A stretch of DNA of 13,911 bases, taken from positions 1 through 13,911 of the forward strand of contig JAWOCD010000047.1 of the NCBI GenBank assembly GCA_046483985.1, given 5' to 3'. Within the stretch, counting starts at the first letter, position 1. The number at the start of each line of letters is the position of its first letter. This document shows positions 1-5,984 of this stretch, one piece after another. The stretch comes from Promethearchaeia archaeon (lineage in GTDB: Archaea > Asgardarchaeota > Lokiarchaeia > Sigyniarchaeales > SOKP01). The notes under the pieces were generated by a model. That model did no database searches. It was not told the origin of the DNA and worked only from the letters and a program-made list of their open reading frames with translations. Position numbers and translations under genes: made by a program.

Positions 1-52
1 GTTGCTACAGCTTCCACAGTCCAGACCGTTAGTGTGTTTATAGTGCTCTCGC

Positions 53-382
53 CAGTATTGGGCCCGAATCATTGAACTGGTGGAAGCAATGGAACTGATT
101 AAGCAATACCTCGAAGATCCAGACATTGTCAATCCGGACTGCAAGACCTTAGATGTCGAACCGAAGGAAGGAGTGGGTGTCGGTGTGACCGAAGCTCCGC
201 GCGGTTTATTGTTATATAATATCTGGTCTGACGCCGAAGGAATGTGCAAGAAACTCAATCTGTTAGTTGCCACGAACCATAATATTGCCGGCATTGAGAA
301 ATCCTTAATGCATACGGCAAAACAAGTATTCGAAGATAAGGCATTGGACGGATTAGACTTGCCAGATCCTTGGATTGAATAA
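53..382 (+). CDS. vhuA: C-terminal part of a group 3c [NiFe(Se)] hydrogenase large subunit (VhuA/MvhA), 5'-truncated in this window
   Basis: The frame is open from 44 and reads QYWARIIELVEAMELIKQYLEDPDI...GVGVTEAPRG...NLLVATNHN, all typical MvhA C-terminal motifs. It ends at TAA 380-382 without the DPCxxCxxH motif, which the next small gene supplies. An in-frame TAG lies at 41-43. Confidence 0.85.
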   Translation, partial: QYWARIIELVEAMELIKQYLEDPDIVNPDCKTLDVEPKEGVGVGVTEAPRGLLLYNIWSDAEGMCKKLNLLVATNHNIAGIEKSLMHTAKQVFEDKALDGLDLPDPWIE

Positions 383-429
383 ACGAATAAACTCAAATTA
401 AAAACTCAATAAAATTAAGTGAATAAAAA

Positions 430-582
430 ATGAGTGAGGATGTACCTGAAGGAGTAGTAAACCTCTTAGAAATGATAGTCCGCTGTTATGACTGCTGATT
501 ATCATGTGCCGCCCACATCACAGTTGTTGATGAGGATGGAAAAGAGCTTTACTCTCGTGAGATGAATGTTGGTTTAGGATGA
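430..582 (+). CDS. vhuU: Selenocysteine-containing hydrogenase peptide VhuU (50 aa, Sec at TGA 496-498)
   Basis: Manual translation from ATG 430 gives MSEDVPEGVVNLLEMIVRCYDC-U-LSCAAHITVVDEDGKELYSREMNVGLG*. The TGA falls exactly on the Ni-ligand position of the RxxDPCxxCxxH motif. It sits directly after a large subunit that lacks this motif, with a SECIS-like hairpin downstream. Confidence 0.92.
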
Positions 583-640
583 AATATCCAATATAAATAG
601 TAGATTGGATATGACTGCCCATGCACGGGTTAAAACCAAC
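568..640 (+). promoter_or_regulatory. Eukaryote-type SECIS element for vhuU
   Basis: The core is ATGA 579-582 opposite GA 613-614. It has a perfect 9-bp upper stem (ATATCCAAT 584-592 / ATTGGATAT 604-612), an apical loop with AAA 595-597 and an 8-bp lower stem (GTTGGTTT 568-575 / AAACCAAC 633-640). Confidence 0.8.
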
Positions 641-696
641 TAATTATGTAGAATAAAAATAGATTTAAAACAAAAAAATCAAAAATGTGAAAGATT

Positions 697-1215
697 ATGA
701 CAATGGATTTCGAATTTAGAAAGCAAATTATGGATTTTCATATTGGGCCTGATTTAATTAAGTATTGCTATCAATGCCGTAGATGCACGGACAATTGTCC
801 CGTCTCGGATGTCACCGATGAATTTTACAGCAAGCAGTATGACCCAAGAGCAAATATCTTAAATGCTCTGTTGGGATATAAGGATAAGATTTTTTCTGCT
901 GATCCGATTGCCATTTGGGGTTGTACTGTATGTGATACATGCGATGAGGTCTGTCCCCAAGACATCGAATTAACCGAAATTTTTACCTTTCTTAAGAATA
1001 AAAGTATTGAGAAAGGAGATGGGCCAGATTTTCTCTATTCTCAAGCACAGCTTATCTTTGATGAGGCAAAAGCAATTCCCATGCAATCCGCAATTGAGCG
1101 CCGACGCAACCGATTAGATTTACCGGAGATTGAAGCACCAAATACTGATGAGATTCAAGAGTTATTAAAGACTGTAGGAACCGATAAGAAATTAAAAAAC
1201 GAGGTTAACGAATAA
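697..1215 (+). CDS. hdrC: Heterodisulfide reductase subunit C
   Basis: Two 4Fe-4S motifs, CYQCRRCTDNCP and IWGCTVCDTCDEVCPQ; ends 1 bp before hdrB. Confidence 0.9.
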   Translation: MTMDFEFRKQIMDFHIGPDLIKYCYQCRRCTDNCPVSDVTDEFYSKQYDPRANILNALLGYKDKIFSADPIAIWGCTVCDTCDEVCPQDIELTEIFTFLKNKSIEKGDGPDFLYSQAQLIFDEAKAIPMQSAIERRRNRLDLPEIEAPNTDEIQELLKTVGTDKKLKNEVNE

Positions 1216-1216
1216 G

Positions 1217-2092
1217 ATGACAGAGTTTAAAATGTTTGAAGGCTGTACCATCGGGAACCGAATTCCGTTTATAGAAGCTGCTTGCCGTAAGGTGTTTGAT
1301 AAATTAGGTATTGAAACGTCCGAAGCACCCTTTTCATGTTGTCCAGATCCGACAGGAATGAAATCATTTGATAATGATGCTTGGTTAACTATTGGAGCAA
1401 GAAACTTATGTCTTGCCGAGGAAGAAGGTAAAGACATTATTTCCTTGTGCAATGGATGTGCAAACACCCTTTCCGGTGTAGAGCATGAACTAAAGCGCAA
1501 TTCCAATTTAATGGACAAGGTAAATTCTGATTTAGCCAAAATTGGCAAGGAATTTAAGGGGGCTATTTCTGTGGAACATTTTGTTGATGTCTTACTGGAA
1601 AAAATTGATGGAATCAAAAATGCCATAGAAAAACCCTTATCCGAATTAAAGGTTGCATGCCATCCCGGTTGCCACTATATGCGACCAGCAGAATGGATGG
1701 AGGCGGAAGAGGATGTATTTCGTCCAAAAAATCTTCGGAAACTTGTTGCCGCAACTGGGGCAACACCCGTTGATTATGAGGAAGAAGTCTTATGCTGTGG
1801 TTCAGCTGTTTCAAATGCCTACGAAGAACACGGCGAACAAATTCTCAAACAGAAGCTTGATTCCGTTAAAAAAGCGGGAGCAGATTGTATAGTAGTAAAT
1901 TGTCCAGCATGCTTCCAACAGTTTGATACAAAACAACGCGGTCTATCTCGGAAATTTGAAGAAGACTATGATATTCCAGTCCTCTATATCACGGAGCTGA
2001 TAGCTTTGGCAATGGGATTTGAGTCCAAAGAATTGGGAATGAGATATCACAGGACCCGATTACGTAACTTTTTAGCGGACCTAGATTTGTAG
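1217..2092 (+). CDS. hdrB: Heterodisulfide reductase subunit B
   Basis: Two CCG domains: FEGC, SCCP, LCNGC, HPGCH, CCGS, NCPACFQQFD, and IPVLYITELIALAMG near the C-terminus. Confidence 0.93.
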   Translation: MTEFKMFEGCTIGNRIPFIEAACRKVFDKLGIETSEAPFSCCPDPTGMKSFDNDAWLTIGARNLCLAEEEGKDIISLCNGCANTLSGVEHELKRNSNLMDKVNSDLAKIGKEFKGAISVEHFVDVLLEKIDGIKNAIEKPLSELKVACHPGCHYMRPAEWMEAEEDVFRPKNLRKLVAATGATPVDYEEEVLCCGSAVSNAYEEHGEQILKQKLDSVKKAGADCIVVNCPACFQQFDTKQRGLSRKFEEDYDIPVLYITELIALAMGFESKELGMRYHRTRLRNFLADLDL

Positions 2093-2132
2093 AAAAATCA
2101 GCAAATTTGCGTCAAAATTTAATATATATTAC

Positions 2133-2150
2133 CTTTTTTCTTTTTTTTCT
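2133..2150 (+). terminator. Oligo-T tract, probable archaeal terminator of vhu-hdrCB
   Basis: TTTTTTTCTTTTTTTTCT about 40 nt after the hdrB stop. Confidence 0.45.
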
Positions 2151-2319
2151 ATTATCTCGAAAAATTAAATGCTCCTTTTACCTTTTTGAATTTTTTCCTA
2201 AATTTTTCTTTTTAGAGGAGAATTAATTAAGAAGAAAATTCTATTATTGTATCGAAAAGGAAGTAATAATTTTAATTAACGAAGGATTAAAGTGTAATAG
2301 AGAAGGAGGAACAGAATCA

Positions 2320-2589
2320 ATGGATAAAAATGAACTCTATGTACTAAGAAAAAAGAAGATTAAGGATGAGATCCGAGCGGCAAGGAGAATTATAAAAAAG
2401 AGAGTGGAGCCGCTAAAAATAGCAGATAAGTTTATTCACGACTCGTTTGAATTAATGAAAGATAGAATTGTGAAAAATAATCCTGAAATCAAAGATGAAA
2501 GATTAAGGGAAAGAGTGCATGAGATATTAGATATTACTCGAAAAATCAAATCTAAACGGAAAAGAGGTAGAAAAATTGGCAGAAATTGA
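2320..2589 (+). CDS. Small basic protein, probable partner or antitoxin of the downstream nucleotidyltransferase
   Basis: 89 aa, Lys/Arg-rich, preceded by GGAGG and overlapping the next gene by 14 nt. Confidence 0.65.
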   Translation: MDKNELYVLRKKKIKDEIRAARRIIKKRVEPLKIADKFIHDSFELMKDRIVKNNPEIKDERLRERVHEILDITRKIKSKRKRGRKIGRN

Positions 2590-3157
2590 GAAAGTCCTTT
2601 CTCGTTTAGAAAAAATATTTAATACTACAAAATTAAAATATGTTATTGTTGGTGGTATTGCCGTTATCCATTATGGTCATGTGAGAGCCACCCAAGATAT
2701 AAACCTAATCATTGAAGATAATCCTTCAAAAATTTCTCATTTCTTGAATCTATTGGAGGTTTATGATTTTGGTGTTATGAATAAACAAATTAAAAAGGCA
2801 TACCAAGAAAGAACCCACTCTTCTATATTTGATGAAAAGAGCTTTTTAAGATTGGATATTAAAGTAGCCGATAAACAAAGGGAACTAGAGGTTCTTCGTA
2901 ACGCTAAATTTAAAAATATCCTTGATTGTAACTTATCTATTGCTCCTTTGGAATATATTTTACTCGGAAAAATTATTTACCTTGGAAAAATTGATGATAT
3001 CCCGAATTCAGAATTAATGGAATATCAAGATGTGGGAGATTTTTTGACCCTTTTTTATACCCATAAAGACGAGGTAGATTTAAGCTTTCTTAAAAAAAAA
3101 ACTAACCAACTTGGTCTTAAAACGACGCTTTCTCGTCTCCTAAATATTGATTTTTGA
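2576..3157 (+). CDS. Pol-beta superfamily nucleotidyltransferase (AbiEii/DUF6036-like)
   Basis: YVIVGGIAVIHYGHVRATQDINL matches the GG...RxTxDxD signature except that the second Asp is Asn. RLDI, PLEYILLGK and a late D(V)xD are also present. TTG start. Confidence 0.8.
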   Translation: MAEIEKVLSRLEKIFNTTKLKYVIVGGIAVIHYGHVRATQDINLIIEDNPSKISHFLNLLEVYDFGVMNKQIKKAYQERTHSSIFDEKSFLRLDIKVADKQRELEVLRNAKFKNILDCNLSIAPLEYILLGKIIYLGKIDDIPNSELMEYQDVGDFLTLFYTHKDEVDLSFLKKKTNQLGLKTTLSRLLNIDF

Positions 3158-3164
3158 TGGAAAA

Positions 3165-3608
3165 TTAAACCTTTGAGAACTTTTCAGAGATTTCATTTAG
3201 ATTCTTTACATTTTTTTTCAATTCCTCTGGAAGTTTCTTAATTATTTTCTCATCTGCCGTACAGAATATTTCTCCCCAATTTATACTTAAGGCAATATAA
3301 GCAGCATCATATATTGAGATATTATGCCTTATAGCAATTTTGACCATACTTTCCCTGATTTCACCTTGTATTCTTTTTGACGTAAATCTATAATTTTCTA
3401 AACTTACTCCAGCATTATTAATTTCTTCCCGAGTGAATAGTCCGCTATATTTCAAGGCATTTAAAACTTGATAGAAGAGAAAATGTGGAATTATTAATTC
3501 TACTTTCCCGTCTAAAAATTTATCTCTAATCATTAAGGCTATATTCGAATTTTTCTCTTGAATAAACCACTTAACAAGGATATTAGCATCAACGATTAAT
3601 TTATCCAT
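3165..3608 (-). CDS. vapC: PIN-domain VapC-family ribonuclease toxin
   Basis: LIVDANILVKWF, P..LFYQVLNAL, ISIYDAAYIALS and TADEK motifs in a 147-aa protein. Confidence 0.9.
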   Translation of the reverse strand: MDKLIVDANILVKWFIQEKNSNIALMIRDKFLDGKVELIIPHFLFYQVLNALKYSGLFTREEINNAGVSLENYRFTSKRIQGEIRESMVKIAIRHNISIYDAAYIALSINWGEIFCTADEKIIKKLPEELKKNVKNLNEISEKFSKV

Positions 3609-3623
3609 GATTTTTTAATCCCT

Positions 3624-3809
3624 TTATTTAGAATTTGCGTGCCTTCCTTCCCGAAATTTCTGGATAAGGTCCACACTGTTAAAATCCTTGGGAGCTTTTT
3701 TTCGTATTCTTTCATTTATTAGGACCGCTTTTGCCATATTCTTTTCTGTTTCATTTTGGACTTTAGACTCAATGGTCTGACGGATTATTTCGCTCCAATT
3801 AACGATCTG
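3624..3809 (-). pseudogene. vapB: 5'-truncated archaeal VapB-type antitoxin
   Basis: Minus-strand frame QIVNWSEIIRQTIESKVQ...NSVDLIQKFREGRHANSK* ends 15 nt before vapC. There is no start codon before the in-frame TGA at 3822-3824, and the expected N-terminal DNA-binding strand-helix is missing. Confidence 0.75.
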
Positions 3810-3810
3810 C

Positions 3811-3850
3811 GAAAGAAGTTCTCATCCCTTTAGGGAGGGGATTACGCTTC
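3811..3850. mobile_element. Isolated IS200/IS605-family end hairpin (remnant)
   Basis: GAAAGAAGTTCTCATCCCTTTAGGGAGGGG contains a TCCC-TTTA-GGGA hairpin, is a near copy of 11454-11476 and sits exactly at the vapB breakpoint. Confidence 0.6.
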
Positions 3851-3949
3851 TTTAACTTAGAAATAATTTTCTTATTGAACTTAATGAGAATTTTTTTATT
3901 CTATTTTGAATATTATTAAATAACTCAATTTGAATTTATACGATATATT

Positions 3950-4198
3950 ATGTGTCTGGCAATTCCCGGAAAAATTGTTGAATTGAATAAGGAAGAGCAT
4001 AGCGCTATTGTTGACTTCGACGGTATTAAGCAAAAAGTCATTGTTGCAATGGTGCCCAATCCCGAAGTGGGAAAATATGTGGTCATCCATGCCGGATATG
4101 CGATTGAAATCATGGGAGAAGAAGATGCCATGGAAGCAATTAATCAGTGGAAAGAAATCGCTGAAGATCAAGATATGGACATTACAGATATAATGTAA
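3950..4198 (+). CDS. hypC: Hydrogenase maturation chaperone HypC
   Basis: N-terminal MCLAIPGKIVE and VGKYVVIHAGYAI; 82 aa. Confidence 0.96.
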   Translation: MCLAIPGKIVELNKEEHSAIVDFDGIKQKVIVAMVPNPEVGKYVVIHAGYAIEIMGEEDAMEAINQWKEIAEDQDMDITDIM

Positions 4199-4389
4199 GA
4201 TCTTTTTATAGTCTTTTGCGTAAGTTTTTTTTTAGATTTTTAATTCCGTCTTTTCTAAGTTACAGCGACGTATAATCCTATCTCCACTTAAAATACTGAA
4301 AAAGACCGTGATATCGGGATATAACAATATGATTATAAAGAATATATTCCTCTTTATTAAATACTATTTTCATGTTTTTCAGGTTCTTT

Positions 4390-4437
4390 CGATGATTTTC
4401 TGAAAAGCCGATTGCTGTACCGATGATTTTCTGAAAA
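4390..4437. repeat. 17-bp exact direct repeat with 31-bp period
   Basis: CGATGATTTTCTGAAAA at 4390-4406 and 4421-4437. Confidence 0.85.
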
Positions 4438-4473
4438 ATTTTATGTGTGAGATAAGAATTGAGAAATATCCTT

Positions 4474-5277
4474 TTAAACATCGAAGATCTCGAACTTTAA
4501 TTCCTTCAGTTTATTGTACAATCGTTTGAGCGACTTCACTCCGTCCGAATCGGGAACATAATCCAATGGCGATTCACCTTTTAAATCTGCCTTTCCTAAT
4601 TTATGATCAAAAGGAATAGAATGATATAAGGGAACTTCCCAATCTTTTATTCGTTCACGAATAATATCTAATTGACTCTCATCAACTACTTTATTGGCAA
4701 CTAAATAGATATTGATAATTCCTAATTTCTTGGAAAGATTAATGATCTTCGCGCATAAATCCAGTGATTTTTGGGAGGGTTCGGCAATAACCAGCATTAC
4801 ATCTATGCCTTTAGCGGTTCCTCTCCCTAAATGCTCCAACCCGGCTTCAAAATCGACCACCACGACTTCATCTCGTTTCACAAAAAGATTGTGTAAAAGC
4901 GTTCGGATAAGTGCATTCTCGGGACAAAGGCATCCCGTTGCGGGGTCCTCAATTGATCCTAATACTAACAATTGTAGACCGTCTGGTCCCTCCACTTTAA
5001 ACCTATCGGGAATATCAGCCACTTTAGGATTGATATTATAAATTCCCGTTCCTCCTCCTGCAACGGCAGTTCTCTCTTCTATTAATTCTTTCATCTCCGA
5101 GATCGGAACAATTTCTTCTTTTCTCTCTTCGGATATTCCCAAGGTATAGTTTAAATTCATGGCCGAATCATTATCGATTGCAAGCACTTTAAATCCATCC
5201 TTGGCGAATAAGCGAGCCAGAGTACCCGCCACAGTGGTTTTACCCACTCCTCCTTTTCCAGCCACAGATATTTTCAT
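4474..5277 (-). CDS. cooC: CooC/AcsF-family nickel-insertion ATPase
   Basis: Deviant Walker A GKGGVGKT, Ni-binding GCLCPEN and DFEAGLEHLGRGT. Confidence 0.9.
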   Translation of the reverse strand: MKISVAGKGGVGKTTVAGTLARLFAKDGFKVLAIDNDSAMNLNYTLGISEERKEEIVPISEMKELIEERTAVAGGGTGIYNINPKVADIPDRFKVEGPDGLQLLVLGSIEDPATGCLCPENALIRTLLHNLFVKRDEVVVVDFEAGLEHLGRGTAKGIDVMLVIAEPSQKSLDLCAKIINLSKKLGIINIYLVANKVVDESQLDIIRERIKDWEVPLYHSIPFDHKLGKADLKGESPLDYVPDSDGVKSLKRLYNKLKELKFEIFDV

Positions 5278-5409
5278 TTTATTTTTTTCTCCTCTTTTCC
5301 ATTTATTTAAAAACCCAAAATAACTTAAATTTTTACATTACAGAACCGAATATCATAAGGCCATGAGGCTTACTTTTATAAGTGGTCTTTTCGGATCGAA
5401 ATGTTGAAA

Positions 5410-5429
5410 ATATAATATCCATATTATAT
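5410..5429. promoter_or_regulatory. Perfect inverted repeat upstream of cooC, possible operator
   Basis: ATATAATAT-CC-ATATTATAT with 9-bp arms, about 130 bp upstream of the cooC start. Confidence 0.35.
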
Positions 5430-5555
5430 AGTTGGATTGGGGTTGCATATTTCTAAACAGATCATACTCCCCCACGGGGGGACATTATAGGCTGAATCGG
5501 AATTTGAAGGTTTAAATTAATTCATTTTAAAAGAATAAGTTTAGAATTTCTCTAA

Positions 5556-5828
5556 CTATTGCTCAACTTTTAGACCGTCATTTCGCATTTTTTGCATTTT
5601 CTTCGATACTTTCATTAATTCTCTATAAAGTTTTTTATTCTTTTGGGGGTCTGTGGTCTTCATAAGCTTTTTGTTAAGCTTTTTTATTTTCATAGTTAGA
5701 TCTACAAACTGCTGCGGAGGCTCCAGTTGATATTTATATTTTCGATTTCCATCTTCATCTAATTCCACATAAACCCATTTCTGAGCTTTCTCAGACCAGT
5801 TCCATCGATTTAATCCGTGTTTTCTCAT
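5556..5828 (-). CDS. Hypothetical small basic protein (about 90 aa)
   Basis: Open frame with a Trp/Tyr-rich N-half and a Lys-rich helical C-half. ATG at 5828 is preferred over GTG at 5837. Confidence 0.7.
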   Translation of the reverse strand: MRKHGLNRWNWSEKAQKWVYVELDEDGNRKYKYQLEPPQQFVDLTMKIKKLNKKLMKTTDPQKNKKLYRELMKVSKKMQKMRNDGLKVEQ

Positions 5829-5873
5829 AAAAATCACGTAAAAAAAGGAAGTGATTATTGATTTTATTCATAC

Positions 5874-5904
5874 TATTAATGTAATATTAATGTAATATTA
5901 ATGT
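5874..5904. repeat. 11-bp tandem repeat, about 2.8 copies
   Basis: TATTAATGTAA at 5874 and 5885, plus a partial copy at 5896. Confidence 0.75.
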
Positions 5905-5984
5905 TTTAATAATGCCAATTCCAACTATATTTCTACTAAATAAAATAATTCTTGATTTTTAATTTCTTTCATAATAGGATTGGT

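Noticed and set aside
41-43. TAG as pyrrolysine readthrough in vhuA
   Set aside because: The upstream in-frame peptide LLQLPQSRPLVCL does not resemble the hydrogenase, so readthrough would not restore it.
580-600. Second Sec at the vhuU terminal TGA
   Set aside because: It lies within the SECIS core, and readthrough would add only NIQYK before TAG, in a tail expected to be cleaved.
1192-1892. ORFs 1192-1626(-), 1614-1814(-) and 1653-1892(+)
   Set aside because: Shadow frames of hdrB with no motifs.
3896-4193. Three alternative ORFs over hypC
   Set aside because: Shadow frames of a clear hypC gene.
4390-4437. Mini-CRISPR array
   Set aside because: Only two 17-bp units with a 14-nt spacer, too short, and no cas genes.
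4278-4481. 67-aa ORF overlapping the cooC stop
   Set aside because: No recognisable motif, and it spans an out-of-frame DNA repeat. Translational coupling is possible, so it is not fully excluded.
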